Origin: an uncultured bacterium
GTDB lineage: Bacteria > Actinomycetota > Coriobacteriia > Coriobacteriales > Coriobacteriaceae
Assembly: GCA_905214905.1 (NCBI GenBank)
Contig: CAJMNK010000002.1
Coordinates: 405-64,404 of the forward strand
Length of the DNA stretch: 64,000 nt
Direction: 5' to 3'
Shown: piece by piece, positions 17,466-27,136 of the stretch
Layout: each line of letters starts with the position of its first letter
Position numbering within the stretch: position 1 is the stretch's first letter
Translations under genes and position numbers: made by a program
The notes under the pieces: generated by a model
Databases searched by the model: none
What the model was told of the DNA's origin: nothing
What the model saw: the letters and a program-made list of their open reading frames with translations, nothing else

Positions 17466-19049
17466 TTACAGCTCGTACAGCGTGGTGAACTTGTCCTGCA
17501 GGTAGCTGCAGTAGTAGCGGGCATCGAACGCCATGCCGCAGGCGCCCTTGATGAGCTCCGGCGCGTCCTTGGCGCGGCCCCACTGCCAAATGTGCTCGCC
17601 CAGCCAGGCGCGGACAGGTGTCAGGTCGCCGCTCGCGCAGGCGCCGTTGAGGTCGACACCGTCGCGGCACATGGCCGGCACAAACATGGCGTCGTAGGCG
17701 CTGCCCAGCGCATAGGTGGGGAAGTAGCCAAACGAACCGCCGCTCCAGTGCGTATCCTGCAGGCAGCCGCGCGTGTCGTCGGGAACGGGAATGCCCAGGT
17801 ACTCATCCATGAAGCGATTCCAAAGCGCGGGGATATCCTTGGCTGTGGCCTCGCCGGCAAACAGCATGCGCTCGATCTCGTAGCGCACCATAACGTGCAG
17901 CGGATAGGTGAGCTCGTCGGCCTCGGTGCGGATCAGCGAAGGCTGCGCGATGTTCACGGCGTGGTAGAGCGTGTCCTCGTCGACGTCGCCGTAGACCTCG
18001 GGCGCGTGGCGGCGCAGCACCTCGAGCAGCGGTCCCATAAAGGCACGGCTGCGGCCCACGGTGTTCTCAAAGAAGCGGCTCTGGCTCTCGTGGATGCCCA
18101 TGGAAGTGCCGCCCTCCAGGCAGGTGCGCGCATAGGCAGGATTGACGCCCAGCTCGTACATGGCGTGTCCCGCCTCGTGGATGATGCTGTAGACGTTAGA
18201 GATACAGTCGTCCTCGTAGATGTGCGTCGCGATGCGCGCGTCGCCCACGGCAAAGCCCTCGCTAAACGGGTGCTCGGTAAAGGCAAGTGTGGTGTCGTCC
18301 AGGTCCAGGCCGACGAGCTTCATGAGGTCGAAGCTCATGGCGCGCTGGGCGGCCTCGGGTACGCGGGCGTGCAAAAAGTCGGCATCAGGCTGCTGGCCGC
18401 GCTCGCCGATGGCGTGCACGATCGGCACGACCGTGGCCTTGACCTCGTCGCAAAACGCGTCGAAGCTCTTTGCGGAAAGCCCGCGCTCGTACTGGTCGAG
18501 CCAAACATCGTACGGGTCGCGCTTGGGATCCATGAGCTCGGCCTGATATTTGAGCTTGTCGACGATCTTGTCCACATAGGGCTCAAAGCTCGCCCAGTCA
18601 TTGGCCGTCTTGGCCTTGTGCCACACGGCGTCTGCCTCGCAGGTGAGCCTGGTCCAGGCCTCGGCCTCCTCGGTGGGGATGGCGCTGGCCTCGCACTGGT
18701 CGCGGCTGAGCACGCGGATCTCGTCGAGCAGCTGCGGGTCGTCTACATGTCCGCCTGCAACCGTCTCGCGCGCTAACGAGCGTACGAGTTCAACGGACTT
18801 CTCGCTGGTCAGCAGCTTGTGATGCTCGCCGGCAAGCGTGCCCATGGCGTCGACACGGGCGGCAGCGCCGTTGGCAGGAGCAATCGTCGCTCCATCGAAC
18901 TCGGCAATCTTGAGCAGGTACTCGCGAGTCCACAGCTTGCCCTCGAGTTTGCGGAACTTTTTGACGGCCTTGTCGACTTTAGCAGCCTTGACGCCCTTGG
19001 CAGCCTTTGCCACGGCGGCCTTGGCCTTCTTATCGAGTTTCTTTCCCAT
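17466..19049 (-). CDS. Carboxypeptidase M32 (thermostable carboxypeptidase 1 family)
   Basis: HPF, HEAGH, GIHESQSRF, IRTEADELTY, GCLQDTHW, GYFPTYALG. Confidence 0.95.
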   Translation of the reverse strand: MGKKLDKKAKAAVAKAAKGVKAAKVDKAVKKFRKLEGKLWTREYLLKIAEFDGATIAPANGAAARVDAMGTLAGEHHKLLTSEKSVELVRSLARETVAGGHVDDPQLLDEIRVLSRDQCEASAIPTEEAEAWTRLTCEADAVWHKAKTANDWASFEPYVDKIVDKLKYQAELMDPKRDPYDVWLDQYERGLSAKSFDAFCDEVKATVVPIVHAIGERGQQPDADFLHARVPEAAQRAMSFDLMKLVGLDLDDTTLAFTEHPFSEGFAVGDARIATHIYEDDCISNVYSIIHEAGHAMYELGVNPAYARTCLEGGTSMGIHESQSRFFENTVGRSRAFMGPLLEVLRRHAPEVYGDVDEDTLYHAVNIAQPSLIRTEADELTYPLHVMVRYEIERMLFAGEATAKDIPALWNRFMDEYLGIPVPDDTRGCLQDTHWSGGSFGYFPTYALGSAYDAMFVPAMCRDGVDLNGACASGDLTPVRAWLGEHIWQWGRAKDAPELIKGACGMAFDARYYCSYLQDKFTTLYEL

Positions 19050-19186
19050 ACCGTATCCTTAATCTCGCAGGCCGAGCGCCGCAGGCGGGTGCGCGGCCAG
19101 TTTGCACAGCTACCTGCCTTGTACCCAGCGCGAACAAAACGGAACGCGGCGATGCGCTCGCGAAATGTGTTATCCTATAGCCCAAT

Positions 19187-19470
19187 GCGTTGACGGAGAG
19201 GGTTTTGCCCGCCGCGTCGCCGGCAAGAGAGGGAAGGTCATGGGCTGCAAGCCTTCCTGCGGTGACAAGGGCCAAGCGTTCACTCCCGAGCAGCGACCTC
19301 AACGGACGCGCGGCCAGTGGCGGCGAAGCCTCAGTAGGGAAGCCGTGAGCCTCGCGACAAGGGGCACAGAGTGGGCGCGGCGGGCTAGACATCCGCCGGG
19401 TCAAACAAGGTGGTACCGCGGAATTCAACCGTCCTTGGGCAATGCACATGCCCGAGGGCGGTTTTTTGTT
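19187..19470 (+). promoter_or_regulatory. T-box riboswitch (Phe specifier UUC)
   Basis: AGAGA and GGCTGCAA stem I motifs, TTC specifier in GCGTTCACTCC, T-box AAGGTGGTACCGCG, terminator AACCGTCCTTGGGC/GCCCGAGGGCGGTTTTTT; lies upstream of pheS. Confidence 0.92.
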
Positions 19471-19552
19471 ACCGAACCGGGCCGCGTTTTCGCAGCGCCA
19501 AGCGGCATCGGTCGTCCCGGCAAGCGAATGCGCGAGAGACGAAAGGGAAGAC

Positions 19553-20629
19553 ATGAGTCTGATTGATGATCTGGTCAAACTCGAGGAAGAGGCCAAGGAG
19601 CTCGTCGAGAGCGCCGAGGACGCCGAGAAGCTCGAGGCCGCGCGCGTTGCACTGCTCGGCCGCAAGGGCCGCATCACCGGCCTGATGCGCATGATGGGCA
19701 AGCTCGCCCCCGAGGATCGCCCCGTCATGGGCAAGCGCGCCAACGAGATGCGCCAGCTGATCGAGGGCATGCTCGACGAGCGCTCTACCGAGATGAAGGC
19801 CGCCGCCCTCAAGCACGCGCTCGAGCACGATGCCGTCGACATCACGCTGCCGGGCGTCCGTCCGCAGATCGGTCACCAGCACCTGATCAAGCAGATCATC
19901 GAGGAGGCCGAGGACATCTTCTGCGGCATCGGCTATACCGTCGAGTCCGGCCCCATGGTCGATACCTCCTACTACAACTTTACCGCGCTCAACGCGCCCA
20001 TGGATCACCCGAGCCGCTCGGCCCGCGACACGTTCTACGTGGTCGACAACAACCCCGGCAGCGTCGCGCACCCCGAGGCTCACGCCCACGGTGAGTCCGA
20101 CGTGCTGCTGCGTACCCAGACCTCGGGCGTGCAGATCCACACCATGGAGTCGCAAAAGCCGCCCATCTACATGATCTGTCCGGGCACCGTTTACCGTCCC
20201 GACACAGCCGATGCCTGCCATCTGCCGCAGTTCAACCAGATCGAGGGCCTGGTCGTCGACGAGGGCATCACCTTCGGCGACCTGAAGGGCACGCTCGACT
20301 ACTTTGTTAAGTGCATGTTTGGCGAGGACCGCAAGACGCGCTACCGCCCGCACTTCTTCCCCTTCACCGAGCCTTCCTGCGAGGTGGACGTGAGCTGCCA
20401 CGTGTGCGGCGGTAAGGGCTGCAACTTCTGCAAGCACAGCGGCTGGATCGAGATCCTGGGCTGCGGCATGGTCGACCCCAACGTCCTCATCAACTGCGGC
20501 ATCGACCCCGAGAAGTACACCGGCTTCGCCTTTGGCATTGGCGCCGAGCGCGTCGCGGCCCTGCGCTACGACCTGCCCGACCTCAGAACTCTCATGACGG
20601 GCGATATGCGCTTCCTGAACCAATTTTAG
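19553..20629 (+). CDS. pheS: Phenylalanine--tRNA ligase alpha subunit
   Basis: NFTALN..DHPSR, LLRTQTS, FPFTEPS, WIEILGCGMV, GFAFGIG. Confidence 0.97.
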   Translation: MSLIDDLVKLEEEAKELVESAEDAEKLEAARVALLGRKGRITGLMRMMGKLAPEDRPVMGKRANEMRQLIEGMLDERSTEMKAAALKHALEHDAVDITLPGVRPQIGHQHLIKQIIEEAEDIFCGIGYTVESGPMVDTSYYNFTALNAPMDHPSRSARDTFYVVDNNPGSVAHPEAHAHGESDVLLRTQTSGVQIHTMESQKPPIYMICPGTVYRPDTADACHLPQFNQIEGLVVDEGITFGDLKGTLDYFVKCMFGEDRKTRYRPHFFPFTEPSCEVDVSCHVCGGKGCNFCKHSGWIEILGCGMVDPNVLINCGIDPEKYTGFAFGIGAERVAALRYDLPDLRTLMTGDMRFLNQF

Positions 20630-20731
20630 GCTTGTCCAGGCACCCCATCTTGGCGTTCAAACCGTCGCTCGCGTACCTTTAGTACGCGTCGCTCCTCTTT
20701 CACGCCAACCTGGGGCACCTGGACAACCCTA
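20627..20731. repeat. Long imperfect palindromic element between pheS and pheT
   Basis: TTGTCCAGG...CCTGGACAA outer stem, with TTGGCG/CGCCAA and GCGTAC/GTACGC inner stems. Confidence 0.65.
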
Positions 20732-20792
20732 AGGCGAACGTCTTCATTTGATATTTCCTCCCTATGCGGAGATTAAGAACTAGGAGAGCTAC

Positions 20793-23246
20793 ATGCGCGT
20801 TTCTTACGACTGGCTCAAGACCATGATCGATATTCCGGAGGATCCCAAGACCCTTTCGGACGAATATATCCGTACCGGCACCGAGGTCGAGGCGATCGAT
20901 ACCGTGGGCGAGTCCTTCGACCACGTGGTGACCGCCCAGGTGCTCACCAAGACCCCGCACCCCGATAGCGACCACATGTATGTGTGCTCGGTCGACGTGG
21001 GTGACAAGAACCTCGACGCCGACGGCAACCCCGCCCCGCTGCAGATTGTCTGCGGCGCGCAGAACTTTGAGGCCGGCGACCACATCGTCACGGCCATGAT
21101 CGGCGCCGAGCTGCCCGGCGACATCAAGATCAAGAAGAGCAAGCTTCGCGGCGTCGTGTCCATGGGCATGAACTGCTCCGCGCGCGAGCTCGGCTTGGGC
21201 GGCGACCACTCCGGCATCATGATCCTGCCCGAGGATACGCCCTGCGGCATGCCGTTTGCCGAGTACGTGGGCTCGAGCGACACCGTGCTCGACTGCGAGA
21301 TCACGCCCAACCGTCCCGACTGCCTGTCCATGATCGGCATGGCCCGCGAGACCGGTGCCATCTTCGATCGCGATTTCCACGTTGATCTGCCCGCCATCAA
21401 GGCGGAGACTGGCCGCGCGACCGACGACGAGCTTTCCGTCGAGATTGCCGACGAGGGCCTGTGCGACCGCTATGTCGCCCGCATCGTGCGCAACGTGAAG
21501 GTTGGCCCGTCGCCCGACTGGATGGTCAAGCGCCTTAACGCCCTGGGCGTGCGCCCGCACAACAATATCGTCGACATCACCAACTATGTGATGATGCTCA
21601 CCGGTCAGCCGCTGCACGCCTTTGACCTGTCCACCTTTGCCGAGCGCGAGGGCAGGCGTCGCGTGGTGGTTCGCGCTGCCCAGCAGGACGAGAAGTTTAC
21701 GACCCTCGACGGCGAGGAGCGCACGCTCGACGCCGGCATGGGCCTCATCACCGACGGCGAGCGCCCCGTGGCGTTGGCCGGCGTTATGGGCGGCATGGAT
21801 TCCGAGATCGAGGACGACACCGTCGACGTGATGGTCGAGAGCGCCTGCTTCAACGCCGGTCGCACCTCGCACACCAGCCGTGACCTGTCGCTGATCTCCG
21901 ACGCCTCCATTCGCTTTGAGCGCCAGGTCGACGAGACCGGCTGCGTGGATGTCGCCAACGTCACGTGCGCGCTCATCGAGGAGATCGCCGGCGGCGAGGT
22001 TGCTCCCGGCTACATCGACGTGTTCCCCGCGCCCAAGACCATCGACAGCATTAAGCTGCGCCTGGCCCGCGTGCACGCCATCTGCGGTGCTGACATCGAG
22101 CCCGACTTTATCGAGCGCTCGCTCACCCGCCTGGGCTGCGCCGTCGAGTGCGACGGCGAGGACTTTATGGTCACTCCGCCGAGCTTCCGCCCCGACCTGC
22201 CGCGCGAGATCGATCTGATCGAGGAGGTTCTGCGCCTGTGGGGCATGGGCCGCGTGACGGCGACCATCCCGGCTGCCAAGAACCACATCGGCGGCCTGAC
22301 CCGCGAGCAGAAGCTCACCCGCAAGGTCGGCGAGATCTTGCGCGCCTGCGGCCTCAACGAGACCACGACCTTTGGCTTTGCCGCCCCGGGCGACCTGGAG
22401 AAGATCGGCATGTCCACCGAGGGCCGCGGCTGCCCCGTGGTGCTCATGAACCCGCTGGTAGCCGAGCAGACCGAGATGCGTCGTTCGCTGCTGCCGGGCC
22501 TGTTGCAATCCGTGGCCTATAACGAGGCCCACGGCACGCCCAACGTGCACCTGTACGAGGTCGGCAGCCTGTTCCACGGTCGCGAGAACGCCAGCCTGCC
22601 CAAGGAGACCAAGTCCGTGGCGGGTGTGCTCTCGGGCCAGTGGAGCGAGCAGTCCTGGAACATGAAGTACCGCAAGCTGCGCTTCTTCTTTGGCAAGGGT
22701 ATTGTCGAGGAGCTGCTCGCCCAGCTGCGCATCGAGAAGGTTCGCTTCCGTCCCGTCGAGGGCGAGAGCTATGCCTTCCTGCAGCCGGGTCGTGCTGCCG
22801 AGGTGCTCTCGGGCGGTACCGTGCTGGGCTGGGTTGGCGAGATCCACCCCGAGGCACGCGAGGCTATGGGCATTGACGAGGTCGTCGTTGCCTTTGAGCT
22901 CGATCTGGACAAGCTGATCAAGGGCGCCCGCAACCAGGAGAACTACCGTGAGTTCTCGCAGTACCCGGCCGTTGAGCACGACCTCGCTATCGTGGTCGAC
23001 AACACTGTGACCTGCGAGGATCTTGAGCGTCGTATTACGAGTGCCGGAGGCAAGCTGCTCGAGGGCGTGCGCCTGTTCGACGTCTACCGCGATCCCATCC
23101 GCATCGGTGCGGGCAAGAAGTCCATGGCCTTCGCGCTTACGTATCGCTCCGACGACCACACGCTCACCAGCGAAGAGGTCGAGAAGGCGCACCAGAAGAT
23201 CGTCACCAAGGTGTGCAAGGGTGTGAACGGCGAGGTCCGCGGCTAG
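20793..23246 (+). CDS. pheT: Phenylalanine--tRNA ligase beta subunit
   Basis: QIVCGAQN, ITPNRPDCLS, VDITNYVM, RPDL.REIDLIEE and C-terminal FDX-ACB domain. Confidence 0.97.
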   Translation: MRVSYDWLKTMIDIPEDPKTLSDEYIRTGTEVEAIDTVGESFDHVVTAQVLTKTPHPDSDHMYVCSVDVGDKNLDADGNPAPLQIVCGAQNFEAGDHIVTAMIGAELPGDIKIKKSKLRGVVSMGMNCSARELGLGGDHSGIMILPEDTPCGMPFAEYVGSSDTVLDCEITPNRPDCLSMIGMARETGAIFDRDFHVDLPAIKAETGRATDDELSVEIADEGLCDRYVARIVRNVKVGPSPDWMVKRLNALGVRPHNNIVDITNYVMMLTGQPLHAFDLSTFAEREGRRRVVVRAAQQDEKFTTLDGEERTLDAGMGLITDGERPVALAGVMGGMDSEIEDDTVDVMVESACFNAGRTSHTSRDLSLISDASIRFERQVDETGCVDVANVTCALIEEIAGGEVAPGYIDVFPAPKTIDSIKLRLARVHAICGADIEPDFIERSLTRLGCAVECDGEDFMVTPPSFRPDLPREIDLIEEVLRLWGMGRVTATIPAAKNHIGGLTREQKLTRKVGEILRACGLNETTTFGFAAPGDLEKIGMSTEGRGCPVVLMNPLVAEQTEMRRSLLPGLLQSVAYNEAHGTPNVHLYEVGSLFHGRENASLPKETKSVAGVLSGQWSEQSWNMKYRKLRFFFGKGIVEELLAQLRIEKVRFRPVEGESYAFLQPGRAAEVLSGGTVLGWVGEIHPEAREAMGIDEVVVAFELDLDKLIKGARNQENYREFSQYPAVEHDLAIVVDNTVTCEDLERRITSAGGKLLEGVRLFDVYRDPIRIGAGKKSMAFALTYRSDDHTLTSEEVEKAHQKIVTKVCKGVNGEVRG

Positions 23247-23369
23247 GACTTGCGCTGGGAGCGTAGGGCCTGATGGCGGTTGCTGTGGGCTCTGCGTGAC
23301 CGCGGTGTTCGGAAAAGGCATCGCTGAGCCTGCATATATGACACACGCATTACATAACGGCGTGCTGCT

Positions 23370-23436
23370 TTGTCGGCAGCGCGCCGTTTTGCTATGATAG
23401 CCCGCGGCGTGTTACGAATCTGGCAATGCGTAACAC
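23370..23436 (+). promoter_or_regulatory. Promoter with downstream NikR-like operator
   Basis: TTGTCG-17 nt-TATGAT (TG-extended), then the perfect half-site palindrome GTGTTAC-N14-GTAACAC at 23409-23436. Confidence 0.7.
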
Positions 23437-23493
23437 TGGCAAGGTGATTCAAGCGGCGTTGCAATTCTGTGCGCCGACAACCGGGAGGCGTAT

Positions 23494-24579
23494 ATGCACA
23501 TTCCAGACAACTACCTGTCCCCGCAGACCGATGCCGTCATGGCGGTGGCGATGGTGCCCGTATGGGTCCACTGCATCAAAAAGGTGCGCGCCACGCTCGA
23601 TCGCGAGCATATGGCGTTCTTGGGCATTTGCGCCGCGTTCTCCTTCTTGCTCATGATGTTCAACGTGCCGCTGCCCGGTGGCACCACTGGTCACGCTGTT
23701 GGCGGCGCGCTCATCGCGTTGCTGCTGGGCCCCGAGGCTGCGGCTATCGCTGTCTCGGTCGCGCTGGCGCTGCAGGCGCTGCTGTTTGGAGACGGCGGCG
23801 TTCTGTCGTTTGGCGCCAACTGCTTTAACATGGCCTTTGTGCTGCCGTTTGTCGCTGCTATCGTGTTCCGTGCGCTCAACAGCCGTCTGCACGACAAGAG
23901 CTGGGGCACCTCAGTTTCTGCCATCGTAAGCGGCTGGGTCGGCCTGTGCCTGGCGGCCCTGTGCGCGGCAATCGAGTTTGGTATTCAGCCGATGCTCTTT
24001 ACCAATGCTTCGGGCGCGCCGCTGTACTGCCCCTTCCCGCTGTCCGTGGCTATTCCGGCCATGTTGATCCCGCATATGCTGGTTGCCGGCGTGATCGAGG
24101 GCGTGGCGACGGCCGCGATCTACGGTTTCATTAAGAAGACGGCGCCGAGCATCATTGTCGGGCCCGAGGCCGTCGATGGCCAACTTGCTGCCGAGGGCGT
24201 TGCCGCCAAGAAGACCTCGCTGGTCCCCACGCTCATCCTGGTTGCCGTGCTTGTCGTAGCAACACCGCTGGGCCTGCTGGCCACGGGTGACGCCTGGGGT
24301 GAGTGGGACGCCGAGGGCGCCGCGACCGCCGTTCAAGAGGCTGGCGATGACAGCCTGCAGGCTTCGGTCGGTCTCGATACCCCGACCTTTGCCGATGCCC
24401 TGCCCACGGGCGATTATCTGCAGGCCTATTCCGAGGAGCAAGGCCTTGGCTTTGCCGGCCAGGCTACCATGTATATCCTTTCGGGCGTGATTGGCGTGGC
24501 GGTGCTCACCATCGCATTCCGTCTGATCTCGCTGACGGTCAAGGAAAGCGGTGCTCATGGCAATAGCCGAGCTGCCTAG
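23494..24579 (+). CDS. cbiM: Ni/Co ECF transporter substrate component (CbiM/NikM with fused NikN-like tail)
   Basis: N-terminus MHIPDNYLSP, GGTTGHAVG, DGG...GANCFNMA, and a C-terminal PLGLLA.GDAWGEW segment. Confidence 0.88.
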   Translation: MHIPDNYLSPQTDAVMAVAMVPVWVHCIKKVRATLDREHMAFLGICAAFSFLLMMFNVPLPGGTTGHAVGGALIALLLGPEAAAIAVSVALALQALLFGDGGVLSFGANCFNMAFVLPFVAAIVFRALNSRLHDKSWGTSVSAIVSGWVGLCLAALCAAIEFGIQPMLFTNASGAPLYCPFPLSVAIPAMLIPHMLVAGVIEGVATAAIYGFIKKTAPSIIVGPEAVDGQLAAEGVAAKKTSLVPTLILVAVLVVATPLGLLATGDAWGEWDAEGAATAVQEAGDDSLQASVGLDTPTFADALPTGDYLQAYSEEQGLGFAGQATMYILSGVIGVAVLTIAFRLISLTVKESGAHGNSRAA

Positions 24580-25393
24580 CTGGCTTGCGGTCGAGCAGCG
24601 TTACGAGCCCGCGGGGGCTCGGCATCGTGTGATGCAAAAGAACGTCCTGCACCTGGCGAGCCTGCTTGAGCGGGTTCGCCTGGGTGGAGGCGCGCACGAG
24701 GGCGGGTCGATGGTCGACCGCGCCCTTTCTTGCGTTTCGGCTCCGGTGCGCCTGGTGGGGATGTTCGTCTGCGTCCTGTGCGTGTGTCTGACGCAGAGCC
24801 CGCTGTACCTGATGCTGATGGCGGCTATCGCGCTGGTGTTGGTCGCGGTGCGCCCCGCTCGCGGGCTGCGTGCGACCTTTGTACCGGCGCTCGGCGCCAC
24901 GGGGCTTGCGGTGGTTCTGGCACTGCCTGCCCTGCTGCTGGGCGCGTCTGCCGCGGGCGCCATGCTCAAGATCGCGCTCAAGACGTTCATTAATGTGTCG
25001 CTGGTGCTGGGTGTTTCGTGGACGCTTACCTGGAGCCGCATGTCGGCGGCGCTCAAAATGCTGCACCTGCCCGACGAGGTCATCTTTACGTTTGATATGG
25101 CGCTCAAGCATATTGAGGTGCTGGGACGCACAGCGCACGATCTGTGCGAATCGGTCATGCTGCGTAGCGTCGGTTCCGCGCCTGCGGGTTTTTCGCGCAC
25201 CGACTCGCTGGCGGGTATCATGGGCATGACGTTTATCAAGGCGATGGAATGCAGCCGCGCGATGGACGAGGCCATGCTGTGCCGCGGCTTCGCCGGCGTG
25301 TATCCGGCGCCTGCACTGAGCGGCTTTGGCTGGCGCGATGCGGTTTATGCGGCCGTTGTGGCGTTGTTCGCCGTGTTGTGCGCGGTGTTGTAG
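24557..25393 (+). CDS. cbiQ: ECF transporter T component (CbiQ/NikQ)
   Basis: Hydrophobic; LRS and AMLCRGF conserved Arg motifs; operon context. Confidence 0.85.
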   Translation: MAIAELPSWLAVEQRYEPAGARHRVMQKNVLHLASLLERVRLGGGAHEGGSMVDRALSCVSAPVRLVGMFVCVLCVCLTQSPLYLMLMAAIALVLVAVRPARGLRATFVPALGATGLAVVLALPALLLGASAAGAMLKIALKTFINVSLVLGVSWTLTWSRMSAALKMLHLPDEVIFTFDMALKHIEVLGRTAHDLCESVMLRSVGSAPAGFSRTDSLAGIMGMTFIKAMECSRAMDEAMLCRGFAGVYPAPALSGFGWRDAVYAAVVALFAVLCAVL

Positions 25394-25437
25394 TGCGGAC
25401 GGTCGAACCGTCGATGTGAGTAGGGAAGGGCAACGTT

Positions 25438-26208
25438 TTGGCAAACGATACGAATAACGCGATGGTTGCGAGCGGTGCTGCCGGCGTTGAGACCACGCCG
25501 CTCATCGAGTTTCGCGACGTGGCGTTTTCCTATGCGGGCCATACGGTGGTCGACGGCGTTTCGCTGCAGGTGAACCGTGGGGAGCTCGTTGCCCTGCTAG
25601 GTCCCAACGGCTGCGGCAAGACGACAATCATGCGTCTTATTAACGGCCTTGAGCTTGCGGACGCGGGTGCGTACCTGTTCGACGGGCATACGGTCGATTC
25701 GGCATATCTCAAGGATTCCGCGACGGCCCAGCGGTTCCATCAGCGCGTGGGCTTTGTGTTCCAAAACGCCGATGCGCAGCTCTTTTGCGCTACGGTGGGC
25801 GAGGAAGTCGCGTTTGGCCCGGCTCAAATGGGGCTGCCGACAGACGAGCTCGAGCGCCGCGTCCGCGATGCCATGAAGCTGTTCCAGGTTGCCGATCTGG
25901 TCGATGCCTCGCCCTATCAGCTCTCGGGCGGGCAAAAGAAGCGCGTTGCGCTGGCTGCGGTGGTGTCGATGAACCCGGATATCCTGGTTCTCGACGAGCC
26001 TACCAATGGGCTCGACGAGGATTCATGCGACATCGTGGTTAACTTCTTGCTGGCTTACGTCGCGGCGGGCAAGACGGTCTTGATGAGCACACATCACCAG
26101 GATTTGGTGCGACGCCTGGGTGCCCGTGCAATCTATATCGATCGATATCACCATGTGGTCGAGGCGCCTTCGCCGTCGTATGGGACCGAAAGCGGTGCTA
26201 CGGACTAG
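25438..26208 (+). CDS. cbiO: ECF transporter ATPase (CbiO/NikO)
   Basis: GPNGCGKT, VFQN.D.QLF, LSGGQKKR, LVLDEP. Confidence 0.9.
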   Translation: MANDTNNAMVASGAAGVETTPLIEFRDVAFSYAGHTVVDGVSLQVNRGELVALLGPNGCGKTTIMRLINGLELADAGAYLFDGHTVDSAYLKDSATAQRFHQRVGFVFQNADAQLFCATVGEEVAFGPAQMGLPTDELERRVRDAMKLFQVADLVDASPYQLSGGQKKRVALAAVVSMNPDILVLDEPTNGLDEDSCDIVVNFLLAYVAAGKTVLMSTHHQDLVRRLGARAIYIDRYHHVVEAPSPSYGTESGATD

Positions 26209-26287
26209 TTGCTGCGTAGAGCGTGCGTAGCCGCCCGCGCGGCTTTGCCGTGATGGTATAGTTATCCAGGTTTTTATGGGGGTGGCT

Positions 26288-27136
26288 ATGCCAAGCTGGA
26301 ACATTCATATCGCTCAGACGGAGCGTTTGCTGGAGCGCACCGGTGCGCTTGCCAATAGCGTGCGCGACCGCAATGCCTTTTTGTTTGGCTGCGTGGTTCC
26401 GGATATCTTCGTGGGCTATATGGTCCCTGGCATCGCCGATCCCATCCCGTACCGCATTACGCACTTTGCAAAGCCCGAGCCTATCCCTAAGCCGCGCGAG
26501 CACGAGTTCTGGGATACCTATGTGGCGCCGCTGCTCAAAGGGGCGCCTGTTGGTACGCCGGCTGCCGCGACCTCGATCGCCGAGGAGCGCGAGCGACTCA
26601 ATCGGGTGCATTATCCCCAGCGCTACAAGGATGCCGAGCCGGTTGCCGGTCCCAGCGCCTGTGAGTTCTCGCTTGCGTCCGAAGATGTGGCGCAGTCACT
26701 GCTCGATTTAACGCTGGGCGTCTGGTCGCATCTGGTGGCCGACACGGTATGGAACACGCGTGTGAACCAGTATCTGGAAGCACACGGCGGCAAGCCGTGC
26801 GAGGAGTTCCGCATTAAAAAGCAAGGCGACTTTGACTGGTTTGGCAAGACGCTGGGCATTGTTTCCATCCCGCGTGCGACCGATCGCCTGTATACCGCTG
26901 CGACGCGTTTTGGGCAGTATCCCATCCATAAGGAGTATGTGCTCAAGACCATCGGCGTCATGCACGAGATTGTACGCGAAAACCCCGGCGAGCCCGATCA
27001 TCCGCCGTATCGCCTGCTAACTGAGGAGTTTTTCGATGCAACGTTTACCGAGGTCATCGAGCTGACCGAGGTGGGCTTTGCGACTCGCGTTGCCTCTTCT
27101 GACGTTCCCGCAGTCCCCCTGATCGCTAGCTGCTAG
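26288..27136 (+). CDS. Zinc-dependent phospholipase C-like family protein
   Basis: MPSWNIH, AFLFG.VVPD, THF and LGVWSHLVAD.VW metal-ligand pattern. Confidence 0.65.
   Translation: MPSWNIHIAQTERLLERTGALANSVRDRNAFLFGCVVPDIFVGYMVPGIADPIPYRITHFAKPEPIPKPREHEFWDTYVAPLLKGAPVGTPAAATSIAEERERLNRVHYPQRYKDAEPVAGPSACEFSLASEDVAQSLLDLTLGVWSHLVADTVWNTRVNQYLEAHGGKPCEEFRIKKQGDFDWFGKTLGIVSIPRATDRLYTAATRFGQYPIHKEYVLKTIGVMHEIVRENPGEPDHPPYRLLTEEFFDATFTEVIELTEVGFATRVASSDVPAVPLIASC

Noticed and set aside
20700..23321. 873-aa minus-strand ORF, and similar ones opposite pyk, the P-type ATPase, metG and serS
   Set aside because: Antisense shadows of highly codon-biased housekeeping genes.
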